Part shown: positions 26,501 to 34,742 of the stretch, piece after piece
Numbering within the stretch: the first letter of the stretch is position 1
Layout of the letters: the number at the start of each line of letters is the position of its first letter
IMG/VR virus record: IMGVR_UViG_3300030104_000540
Span: 1-60,033 of that record
Length of the DNA: 60,033 bases
Reading direction: 5' to 3' (one strand)
Source of the DNA: a virus
Lineage: Duplodnaviria; Caudoviricetes
Made by a program: the position numbers and the translations under genes
Notes under the pieces: model-generated
What the model saw: only the letters and a program-made list of their open reading frames with translations
The model's database searches: none
Told to the model about the DNA's origin: nothing

Positions 26501-26984
26501 CAAATCCTAATATATTTATTGGATCAAGTATAGCCGCACCTAAATAATCTTTAATGGTTCTAGCTGTGCTATCTCCACCTGTCTCGCCCATTCCGGGCAA
26601 TCTATTATATGAATTATATAAGTAGCCAAATTGTTTTCTATCTTCTTCGTTAGCACCTCTAAGATAATCAATCTGACCCATTATTCCTATACTATTAGTT
26701 TCAAATCTACGAGCATGGGTCATAAATCTTTTTACATAATCTTCATCAGTCTCATCTGTTTCTTGCTGTCCATTTTCTCCATGTCTTTTAAACATGTAGT
26801 CACGGAGATTGTCCATTCTATTTTTATCTTTAGACCATTGTTGTATTGTAAGAGGATCGTCTTCATCCTCTTCTCTAAACATAGAGGGTTTAGGCTTGTA
26901 TTTATCTAGTTTATTAGAGCTTCTTCCTAAAGAACTACTCCAATTATTTGTTACAGGTTTAAATTGATCTAAGCTATTTACCAT
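23520..26984 (-). CDS. Large internal virion (ejection) protein
   Basis: 1154 aa; last late gene; Gly-rich hydrophobic segments. Confidence 0.7.
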   Translation of the reverse strand: MVNSLDQFKPVTNNWSSSLGRSSNKLDKYKPKPSMFREEDEDDPLTIQQWSKDKNRMDNLRDYMFKRHGENGQQETDETDEDYVKRFMTHARRFETNSIGIMGQIDYLRGANEEDRKQFGYLYNSYNRLPGMGETGGDSTARTIKDYLGAAILDPINILGFGAAKIGTAVVGKMAIKEGLKRFVPKNNVTQAIIGGSISGAGYGAMYNLADQDIKRKSYMTDAEGNPLTPDAEIDLMSTAFESIMFAGIGGALGGTLVGTAKLLGKSKTQKKQAEEAKKILEKEDLETIDPIEGRVIRQDRLDEAERLIKKQQERLQKKQKVEDDFIGPLTEGQMKRRQRDIKRQQQAEKQGFTEPPNTKKLDPTSAKEKLDQNILTKQEILRQPPIVDAKVLVDLSVKMGKIVLDIAKTQRDKGVPIILKQRAKKDKRVSDTVMNVVRNIDKIDEDVLESALSRQGLTTKDLLDFLQTTDEFAVMERMSIREAAQMLGARGQLGKLRKTLTNLSPDLKQRLDDSYGASEEVGSALGSFYGFMKRLDRERRALMVTQIATTARNVATGLTVISFETLANTMEASLYHGGRALRGAFKGNASGEAFAQGLRDWTKDSFGLAVAFAQQGKSKEMSDLLLRHNPKIAKIIFRTLGDVGPDETETLTAFSRYANYLNLTQDVMFRRAFFSDYVLRNMRRADIPLDEREFGKRIDVDLLQGGMEYALRNTFAFMPKQGPAHHFVRFVESFPMVPVIGTGEFPFARFMANAMAFQLKYNPLNGAYGLFQGAIQTGMIGAGKEVSEGALRASRQRMSQGMVGSAALGTAIYFRSKNQDTEWYNVKTPDGRTIDMRPFFPAAPYMIVADMIIKYTNGELDKLKGKDFIDGFTGAQFRAGAASYTVDKLYEVIGAEGGLESIGTEKLGEILGGYVGEVTAGFVTPARVVKDVVAAFDEEEAIVRDSNSVDGIGAKDRAVHAFINKLYKGIPYASQTLPEFESPSREATVRTQSPILGQFLGLRFRERANSAESELTRLGYKSFELLPTTGDKIADRLTKEQLGPLIEEHIGSLVDSDAYKKKTEPEKLAAVKIYLRDLRKIAKMIGEVEAQKLSKKGTIVSFTPFDRSQWQKTPRNARKLANDYYKKYFKTTVEQSGDYRRGAMIGRLLARQL

Positions 26985-26991
26985 TTATATT

Positions 26992-27015
26992 CACTATCTA
27001 AACAACCCGGCTTTT
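26992..27015. repeat. 24-bp exact repeat, copy 1 (encodes KAGLFR-stop)
   Basis: CACTATCTAAACAACCCGGCTTTT also at 54090-54113. Confidence 0.9.
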
Positions 27016-29357
27016 GTACCCGGAAGTATTATATCCATTACTATATCATCTTTTCCACCAAATTCAAACTTTGTATCTTCAAACACTGGTTTAGGAGAAA
27101 ATAATCTAAAGAGTTGACCATTTTTATCTTTAAATTCTTTGTTACGATTTTCCTCTAACCATTTAATTATGGCAGCATTAGCATTATCTTCTAGCATACC
27201 TGCCTGAACTAATGTTTGAGCAAGTTCATCCTTAGTAATTGTATTTTTATTTTCTACTAATTCTTTAAGTAGATAATTTAGATAAGGTGCAGCTTTTTTA
27301 GTCTCAGCCACAGACTTTAAAGCCTTTTCCTTTTGGTTTTTAAGGTCAGTTTGGAACGCTTCTTCTTCTAGTCTTTTTTCTTTTTCTGTTGGTGTTTCAA
27401 ACTTTACCTCACTAATAGCTTTCTCCGTTGTTTCTGTCTTGTCTGTTACTCCATCCATCTGAGCAACAATAGCATCATACAATTCATTTGCTTCTTCCAA
27501 ACCAAATAACGCACCATTTTCATCTACCATAATCTTTTTTATTTCTGCTTCAGTAGGTACATTAGGGTCTCTTTGTAGAGGATGAACAGAGCTGTAGTTT
27601 CTCATAGCCATAATAGCATTTCTATATTTAATAACTTCTTCAGGAAGAATATCTTTTGCTAATGAATTTTGATAATCTACGAGATTTGTTATTGGACCTA
27701 TTGGGTCTTTTCTTATAGCATCAAGAATCATATCAACAGAAGCATCTCCTTCAAACTTGTTAGTAAATGTGCCATCAGCATTTTCAGTAGCCAACATGTC
27801 TAGCACCATTTTATTTGCCATTTGTGCGGCTCTCTTTTCTCTTTCTTTATATTCAGCAGTGCCCTCATAAAATTTTGTTAACGTATTATCTATTGGATTT
27901 CTAATTAAATAATAATTTTGACCACTCTTATCGTCAGGTGGCTCTTGACCCGGAGCAGTAATAATAGTTGTTGTTGCTCCTGATGCAGGTTCTTTATTTT
28001 TTCCTAAACGAATATAAGTTTGATCCAAGTAAGATGTTCTCACTATGTTAATTTGATTAGTTTTAACTATTATATCGTCTGCTGTGCTGTTAATTACCCT
28101 GCTTATAATTTGATCATTTCTAATTGCTTTAGATACTCTTTGTATATCATTATCAAGTTTAGTTATTAAAGCCTCATCATTATTTGCCATAGCAATTTCT
28201 AGCTGTTCTTTAAGTTTAATCTCTAATATTGTATTATCTAATATTTGTGCATCTAAATCTACTTTTTCAAAATCTTTCTTTGCCGCTTTTGCTTCATACT
28301 CTGCTCTTTGTGTAGCCCATTTTTGCATTGTTTCAGCATTGCGAACATCATAGTAAACTTTATTATATGCTTCTATAAGTTTTGCTTTTGCGATGTCCAT
28401 CTCTTGTAATTTTTTCTCTCCACTAAATAAAGATGCTTTGTGCTCAGCTTCTTGAACATAAAATTTATTTAAATGTTTAGCCCATTTATGTTTTTCTTGA
28501 TCCATTCTCCATGTATCCGTTTGTATTTCTTTATCCAATACATGTGTTTCTATAGTCATCTGATCATCCAAGCTAAGAGCATTGTAGACAGGAGCATTCC
28601 ACCCTGTATTTGTACCAAGTTTTTCGTCAATCTGTTCAGGAGCAACTATACCAGCTTCTACCAAACTATTTCTAATTGTAGATTGTATATAACTACGAGG
28701 TATTGTAACACCTAAGATACCTCTTTGCCTACTCTCTTCAATATTTGCAGTCATAGCTGTTCTACCCTCTATGTCTATATAAGGATTTTTACCTTGAGCA
28801 TAAGCCATAGATGCTTTCTTTTGTCCTAAACCTACAGACTTTAACATCGCTTGGTTTTTAGGATTGGTTGGGTCTTCCATAGCCGCCTGATAGTCAGACG
28901 TTCTTGTAAATGTTCTGTTTATAAAGTCTTTAGTCATCGCGGCTGTATACATTGTAGGACCCCAAGGTATATTTTTTCTTTTAGTTTGCACACCCATAGG
29001 TGTTGTAGTAGTAAAAGAACCCATTTGTGACTCTGCATATTCTTTAGCTCTTCTTTTTTGGTCATCTTCATATGCAGCAATAAATTTATCTGCACCATTT
29101 GGACCACCCAATAATATCATTTCTTTTTGTCCATCGTCTAACTTAACACCATTTAAATTTAAACCAGTTAGTTTATCCCAAGCATCATTATATGTCCTTA
29201 AATCTACATCATAGTTTCTTTTCCATTCATCATGTTCATTCATAAATCTATTAACAGCTCTATCGGCTACCAAGTTAGCTCTATCTTCCATTTCTCTTAA
29301 TCTTGAAGAACCTCTTCTTGCTGCACCTGCTAGTGCCTGTCCAAAATTAAAACGCAT
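26994..29357 (-). CDS. Putative internal virion protein
   Basis: 787 aa, helical; F-x-FG-x-ALAG N-terminus; position in ejection module. Confidence 0.65.
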   Translation of the reverse strand: MRFNFGQALAGAARRGSSRLREMEDRANLVADRAVNRFMNEHDEWKRNYDVDLRTYNDAWDKLTGLNLNGVKLDDGQKEMILLGGPNGADKFIAAYEDDQKRRAKEYAESQMGSFTTTTPMGVQTKRKNIPWGPTMYTAAMTKDFINRTFTRTSDYQAAMEDPTNPKNQAMLKSVGLGQKKASMAYAQGKNPYIDIEGRTAMTANIEESRQRGILGVTIPRSYIQSTIRNSLVEAGIVAPEQIDEKLGTNTGWNAPVYNALSLDDQMTIETHVLDKEIQTDTWRMDQEKHKWAKHLNKFYVQEAEHKASLFSGEKKLQEMDIAKAKLIEAYNKVYYDVRNAETMQKWATQRAEYEAKAAKKDFEKVDLDAQILDNTILEIKLKEQLEIAMANNDEALITKLDNDIQRVSKAIRNDQIISRVINSTADDIIVKTNQINIVRTSYLDQTYIRLGKNKEPASGATTTIITAPGQEPPDDKSGQNYYLIRNPIDNTLTKFYEGTAEYKEREKRAAQMANKMVLDMLATENADGTFTNKFEGDASVDMILDAIRKDPIGPITNLVDYQNSLAKDILPEEVIKYRNAIMAMRNYSSVHPLQRDPNVPTEAEIKKIMVDENGALFGLEEANELYDAIVAQMDGVTDKTETTEKAISEVKFETPTEKEKRLEEEAFQTDLKNQKEKALKSVAETKKAAPYLNYLLKELVENKNTITKDELAQTLVQAGMLEDNANAAIIKWLEENRNKEFKDKNGQLFRLFSPKPVFEDTKFEFGGKDDIVMDIILPGTKAGLFR

Positions 29358-29854
29358 TATTCAGTCTCCTTATTTTTTCTTGCCATTAAACCTTTGCTTT
29401 TTACTTCTTCAGCTGCTGTTTCTAAAACATCCTCACTTTGTTCTACCTTACTTTTTATTACTTCTTTAAGTGCTCTCATATTAACTTGATCTTCTTTAGG
29501 CACAGAACCATCTAGTGTATACTTTATATTTGCTACCTCACACATCCCTTTCATAAACTCTACAAGCAGTGGATTAATTAAAAATGCAATGTCTACAGTA
29601 TGCACACCTTGCATTACACCACCTGTGGTAATTGTTTCTGATAATGTAGTTAGTGGCAAACCTTTTTCTATAACTGCAAACAAAGAACTAGACTGCTGTT
29701 GATTTACTAGTCTATCAAGATAAAACTCTAATGCTTCTTCCACAGTGTTATATTGAGGTGGATTAAACCAAGGTCTGCTTTTTAATTCTGCTGTCATGCC
29801 CTGTCCCGGAACAGGACCTCTAAATCTTTGTTGATTTGCCATAGTTTGTTTCAT
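29357..29854 (-). CDS. Virion-associated hypothetical protein
   Basis: PVPGQGMT...RPW.NPP; C-terminal KGLMAR. Confidence 0.7.
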   Translation of the reverse strand: MKQTMANQQRFRGPVPGQGMTAELKSRPWFNPPQYNTVEEALEFYLDRLVNQQQSSSLFAVIEKGLPLTTLSETITTGGVMQGVHTVDIAFLINPLLVEFMKGMCEVANIKYTLDGSVPKEDQVNMRALKEVIKSKVEQSEDVLETAAEEVKSKGLMARKNKETE

Positions 29855-30096
29855 TAATTTTTTCCTTTAAATCCTTGTTCTATTCTACTTGCAAGTCTTG
29901 CTATCTTCATCAGATCATCTTGTTCTTTTTCTGATTTTAAATTCTGCATATTTTTTTGTATACGTTCAGTTCCTCTTTTCATCAAGCCTGTTTTATAATC
30001 ATCAGCAGGTTGTAAATCTTTTCTGTAAAACTGAGATTTTAATAACATAATTTTTTTATAAGCCATTTCAGCTGCTTTTGTTTTTGCTATTGTCAT
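29854..30096 (-). CDS. Hypothetical protein
   Basis: TAATG coupling; GLMKR motif. Confidence 0.65.
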   Translation of the reverse strand: MTIAKTKAAEMAYKKIMLLKSQFYRKDLQPADDYKTGLMKRGTERIQKNMQNLKSEKEQDDLMKIARLASRIEQGFKGKN

Positions 30097-30097
30097 A

Positions 30098-31783
30098 TTA
30101 ATTTCCTCTAGGTATTGGTGCTATATTTAAATAATCACCTACAATTGAACCACCTATTGGGCTAGTAAATAAGTCTACTATGAAACCACCAATAGATGCA
30201 CTAGCTTCTGCATCTAAATCTAAGTGAGCTAACTCTGTTTGTAACTTTGCATCTATCTCAGCTAATGAAAGTTCATGCAATCTATCTTTACCACTTTCCC
30301 CAGTAGTCCATGCCCATTCCATAAGATCACCCATATGTTGCCACATGTTTGCATATGCTGTATTAGAAATATCTAATAATGCTTTTGCATTAAATTCATT
30401 TGAATAGTTTTGTGCTGCAGTATCTGTTGTAGCTATTTGCTGTTTCCATTTAGCATTAAATTGTTCTATAACTAATTTATTTGAAGCATTAAATTGTTCT
30501 CTTGCATCCTCTAATTGTTGATTAAATTTAGCCATAGCATTTGCTTCACCTGAATTAAACTGTTCCATAGCATTTACTTGAGAAGCATTAAACTGCGATA
30601 TATTACTTGCAAGACTAGCCATAAATTGATCTGCCTGTTGTTTTGACTGAGCATTAAATTGTTTAGCTGCGTTGTCGGCAGCCTGATCTGACAACATAAA
30701 ATTTTGTTGTGCTTGAGTATTAAATATCTCTGTCTGCTGTCTGTTGTTCATGTTTGCTAAGCCTACTTGCAAAAATGTCTTAGCATTTTCAACTACAGCC
30801 TGTTGTCTATTACTTAAATTAGCCATGTTAAGTGATGACAGAGCTGCGGCTTTTGCAAGTGTAGCTTGTTGTGCGTTTGTTGCATTAGCTAAACCATACT
30901 GTGCAAATGTATTTGCATCTTGTTTTGCTATAGGTAATTGTGACTCTAGTATTGCATTAAATACTGCACCACTAGCCATACTACTAGCACCTAATCCACG
31001 AGCTGCCATAGCTGACATTGCTGATCTTACTGCCGCTGTAGCGTAGGATGGTATCTGTCCATCTTCAGCTTGAGCACTTAACTTTTCTAACTGACCCATA
31101 ACAGTTGCTTCTTTAGCTACTTGTGCCTGTCCTGCTATAAGTGCATCAGCATATGCTTTCTTTTCTTCATCAGACATCGTGCCTTGAGCAGCTTTAATTT
31201 TCATTTCTTCAGTCACAGTCATTTGTTCTGCTTCTGCTTTAGGTGCGTCACCTACTTTTGTTGGATCATAAGTTTCTGGCTCTACTTCTCTTGGATCGTC
31301 TGCTGTTTTAGCTTTACCTTCTTTAGTGTCTACAGGTGGTTTATCTTCATCTACTTGACCTTTAGTTGGATCAACTATTTGGTCATCTTTTTCCTCTATC
31401 TTTTTAGGTTGTAATGTAGTACCTTCAGGTGCATCAGGTGTTTTAATGTTTCCTATTGTGTCATCAAAAATATTACCTTGTGTTTGTGGTTGAGAAGGTG
31501 TTGTTCCATCCCCAATAGTTCCACCTTCAATGCCACCTTCTTCTAAATCTTTTTTTAATTGTTCAGGGGTTTTATCTCCTACTAAAGCACCACCCTCTTG
31601 CATCTTTTTAACTACACCACCTTCAGCCATTTGCATAGCCTTTGCATTATAGTTTCGCATCATATTACTCTTCTCAGGGTTAGCCATTAAGAAGTTTTCA
31701 AACTGATTCATGTCACCCATATGACCCATTGAACGTGCAATACGTTGCATCGCTTCGGGTTTAAATGCTTTAAAAGTTGCCAT
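30098..31783 (-). CDS. Internal virion or DNA pilot-like protein with Q/N/A-rich QFNA repeats
   Basis: QFNA repeats; MAEGG and MQEGG near the N-terminus. Confidence 0.7.
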   Translation of the reverse strand: MATFKAFKPEAMQRIARSMGHMGDMNQFENFLMANPEKSNMMRNYNAKAMQMAEGGVVKKMQEGGALVGDKTPEQLKKDLEEGGIEGGTIGDGTTPSQPQTQGNIFDDTIGNIKTPDAPEGTTLQPKKIEEKDDQIVDPTKGQVDEDKPPVDTKEGKAKTADDPREVEPETYDPTKVGDAPKAEAEQMTVTEEMKIKAAQGTMSDEEKKAYADALIAGQAQVAKEATVMGQLEKLSAQAEDGQIPSYATAAVRSAMSAMAARGLGASSMASGAVFNAILESQLPIAKQDANTFAQYGLANATNAQQATLAKAAALSSLNMANLSNRQQAVVENAKTFLQVGLANMNNRQQTEIFNTQAQQNFMLSDQAADNAAKQFNAQSKQQADQFMASLASNISQFNASQVNAMEQFNSGEANAMAKFNQQLEDAREQFNASNKLVIEQFNAKWKQQIATTDTAAQNYSNEFNAKALLDISNTAYANMWQHMGDLMEWAWTTGESGKDRLHELSLAEIDAKLQTELAHLDLDAEASASIGGFIVDLFTSPIGGSIVGDYLNIAPIPRGN

Positions 31784-31785
31784 AA

Positions 31786-32016
31786 TTATTTACCTATTAA
31801 TATCTTATCTAATTTATCTTCTAATCTTTGAAGTGCATCCATTACTACATGCATATCTTCCTTAACGTCATCACGCTTTGCGTATTCTTCTCTTGTTTTA
31901 TTTAACAGTATGTCAAGTCTTTTTATCTCCATAAACATACCACGAAAGACCCATATAGCAGGAGCTATTACTACTGTAAGTATTCCATTCCAAAATAGTA
32001 TAGGGTTTATTTCCAT
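31786..32016 (-). CDS. Small TM plus coiled-coil protein
   Basis: N-terminal TM; RLEDKLD. Confidence 0.65.
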   Translation of the reverse strand: MEINPILFWNGILTVVIAPAIWVFRGMFMEIKRLDILLNKTREEYAKRDDVKEDMHVVMDALQRLEDKLDKILIGK

Positions 32017-32024
32017 AGTTTATC

Positions 32025-32774
32025 CTACATTAAAGAATAATTGTTTCCTGCATTACCACCAATATTGCTTGCATCAGCGTTACAGTTTGTTCTAAAATAA
32101 ATAGATATATTATCACCAGCACCACCAGAAGTGCCTGAAGTCATAGATACAGTAACAGTTGTACTTGCTGTTAATACTGGAGTCAACACCTGAGTTGTTC
32201 CACTTCCCATAGATTGATTTGTTACTCCACCAGAAGAAACACCACTTCCAGTAAAATTTAAAGTAGCACCTGCTCCACCCGGACCACTAACTACTGCATG
32301 TAAATAATATTCACCTGCTACATTAACAGTAAAAGGAATTGAAAAAGAACAAGTCTGTCCTGCAAGACTCCATCTGTTAACAAAAAGTAACTGAGCTTGA
32401 TTAGCTACCCCTGCAATACCGGCATAGTTAACATTATATCCAGACCTATACCAATAGTCGCTATTCGTTTTTACACCTACCCACTGTCTATCACCGGTGT
32501 CTCCACTTTCAGTAATACCACTAGCATCTACGGTTACTGCCGCATTTGTCACTAATTTTCTACCACCACGAAAATCTGTTAAACTAATTGATCCACTTGT
32601 GGGAACATTAGAGTTTGCATTAGCGGCATTAGTCGTTTGTGTTCCACTATTGTATGACGTAGGATTTGGAACAAAAGAACCACCCTTATATAACGCTGTC
32701 AAATTATTACTGCTTGATCCGTAATAATCTCTTACAGTAGTTAAATTTACAGAACCACTACTTGCTAGGGGCAT
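32025..32774 (-). CDS. Tail fibre tip adhesin-like protein
   Basis: MPLASSGSV...PTSGSISLTDF N-terminus; follows the S74-bearing fibre. Confidence 0.6.
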   Translation of the reverse strand: MPLASSGSVNLTTVRDYYGSSSNNLTALYKGGSFVPNPTSYNSGTQTTNAANANSNVPTSGSISLTDFRGGRKLVTNAAVTVDASGITESGDTGDRQWVGVKTNSDYWYRSGYNVNYAGIAGVANQAQLLFVNRWSLAGQTCSFSIPFTVNVAGEYYLHAVVSGPGGAGATLNFTGSGVSSGGVTNQSMGSGTTQVLTPVLTASTTVTVSMTSGTSGGAGDNISIYFRTNCNADASNIGGNAGNNYSLM

Positions 32775-34734
32775 GACACTTACATCCTTGTTTATGTGTA
32801 TCTATCTCTGTTTTTAATTCTTTTATTGCTTCTATAAGAACGCCAACCATGTTACCATATGCTACAGATTTGTATTCATTATCTACAACAACCTCTGGTA
32901 AAACCTTTTCTACCTCTTGTGCAATTACACCTGTGCCTTTTTCAGCTTGCATTGTATAAGTTACACCACGCATATTCATAACTTTGTCTAAAGCATTATC
33001 TATTGTTTGTATGTCAGACTTTAGTCTTTCATCTGATGTGGCTGTAACCTCTGCACCTTGTATTGTACCTGAAGCTGTAATGTCTGTAACAGAAGTAATA
33101 GTACCACCAATTGAAAGAGTAGTACCATTGTAGGTTAAATTAGCTTCACCTTCTAATTCATTAGCAGTACCACTTCCTGTTATAATTCGGTTGTCAGCGT
33201 TGTTATTGATGGTTGTTTGTGTTGCTGATGCAAAACCTAAATTACCAGATGCATCCGTCTTTAAAAATTGTCCTGCACTTCCGTCACTAGCAGGTAAAGT
33301 AAACTCTGTATCACTTGCTGTCTTTTTTAACTTACCTATTAATGTTGTACCTGTAACTGTTGTAGCACCTGATACATTACCTGTTAAGTCGCCTGTTACG
33401 TTACCTTCAACATTAGCTACAATTGTACCTGCCGTACCTGAAAATACTTCTGAAGTATTAGTTGCGTCAGGTATAAAAGTAAACTTACCTGCACTATCAT
33501 CAAATCCAAAAAAACCAATCTTTGCTGTAGAACCTGTGTGGTATCTAAATTCTATACCTCTGTCTTTATTGTCATCACTTCCGGGTGCAGTATCTCCACC
33601 TAATGTAAATATAGGATCATCTATTGTAACAGTTGTACTGTTAACAGTAGTTGTTGTACCATTTACAATTAAGTCAGCACCTACAGTAAGATTGCCTGAC
33701 GTTTCAATACCTGCAGCAGTCGTAGTTATTCTTGCAGTATTGTCGTGGTAAATAATAGAAGCACCATCTGCTGTAAAAGATGCCATAGGTTCATCGCCTG
33801 AGTATTTCTTTAGGGTAATGGCACTACCTCTAATTATTAATCCACCTGCATCGGCATCATCAATATATGAGTTACTACCATCGTGGTATATTTGTAGATC
33901 GCTACCTGCACCAAACATTAACTTATCACTATCTTCAAAACGTAGTCCTGTGTCAGCTACATGTGTTACTGTTACATCGTTGTCTGTACCAAAACCTAAC
34001 ACAGCACCATCGCTGTCTAATTTAAGATCATTACTAACTGTAACTGCTGTTGACGCATTAAGATCAATAGTAGCTTCACCATCAATCGTTAACACACCAT
34101 CTGATGATTGATGCACAAAACTTGTAGCGTCACCAAATGTTAATTTGTTTGTACTGTTAAGAGTCAAACCTGTTCCATCTGTATGTGTTAAAGTTGTATC
34201 TGTATCAGCACCAAAACCTAATATTGCTGAGTCAGAAGCTAATGTTAAATCATCTCCAACTACTAAGTCAGTTGAAATATCTACTTTGGTACTTGCATCA
34301 ATGTCAACTGTTGGTGCAGTTATTTGTATTGTAGTATCAGCGTCAATATCTAGTTGTCCATCTGTTGATGAGTTTATAAATATTGCATCGTCTCTAAACT
34401 GTATTTTTTTATCCGTAGCTACAAGTATGTCTCTACCTAGCCCATCAATATAAGCTATACCATCTATGTAAATATCTTTAAACTCTAAAGAATCCGTACC
34501 TATATCTAATGTGCCAGTTGTTTTTGGTGTAACAAGAGAAGCTGAAACTACAAGGTCTTGAGCAGGACCTATTTTAGTTATAGCTCCACCATTCTCTGAT
34601 GTACCATCGTGTGTATGTCCTGACGTTCCAAAAGCCGTGGCTATTGCATCAAACTCTCCATCAAAATCTGAAGCGTTGATAATATTACCATCAGCTATAT
34701 TGTTTGTCGTATCTGTTCTTGAGTAACCTGCCAT
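32758..34734 (-). CDS. Tail fibre with C-terminal peptidase S74 chaperone
   Basis: SDERLK..I, GVIAQEVE, LIEAIKEL. Confidence 0.88.
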   Translation of the reverse strand: MAGYSRTDTTNNIADGNIINASDFDGEFDAIATAFGTSGHTHDGTSENGGAITKIGPAQDLVVSASLVTPKTTGTLDIGTDSLEFKDIYIDGIAYIDGLGRDILVATDKKIQFRDDAIFINSSTDGQLDIDADTTIQITAPTVDIDASTKVDISTDLVVGDDLTLASDSAILGFGADTDTTLTHTDGTGLTLNSTNKLTFGDATSFVHQSSDGVLTIDGEATIDLNASTAVTVSNDLKLDSDGAVLGFGTDNDVTVTHVADTGLRFEDSDKLMFGAGSDLQIYHDGSNSYIDDADAGGLIIRGSAITLKKYSGDEPMASFTADGASIIYHDNTARITTTAAGIETSGNLTVGADLIVNGTTTTVNSTTVTIDDPIFTLGGDTAPGSDDNKDRGIEFRYHTGSTAKIGFFGFDDSAGKFTFIPDATNTSEVFSGTAGTIVANVEGNVTGDLTGNVSGATTVTGTTLIGKLKKTASDTEFTLPASDGSAGQFLKTDASGNLGFASATQTTINNNADNRIITGSGTANELEGEANLTYNGTTLSIGGTITSVTDITASGTIQGAEVTATSDERLKSDIQTIDNALDKVMNMRGVTYTMQAEKGTGVIAQEVEKVLPEVVVDNEYKSVAYGNMVGVLIEAIKELKTEIDTHKQGCKCHAPSK

Positions 34735-34742
34735 AATAAATC

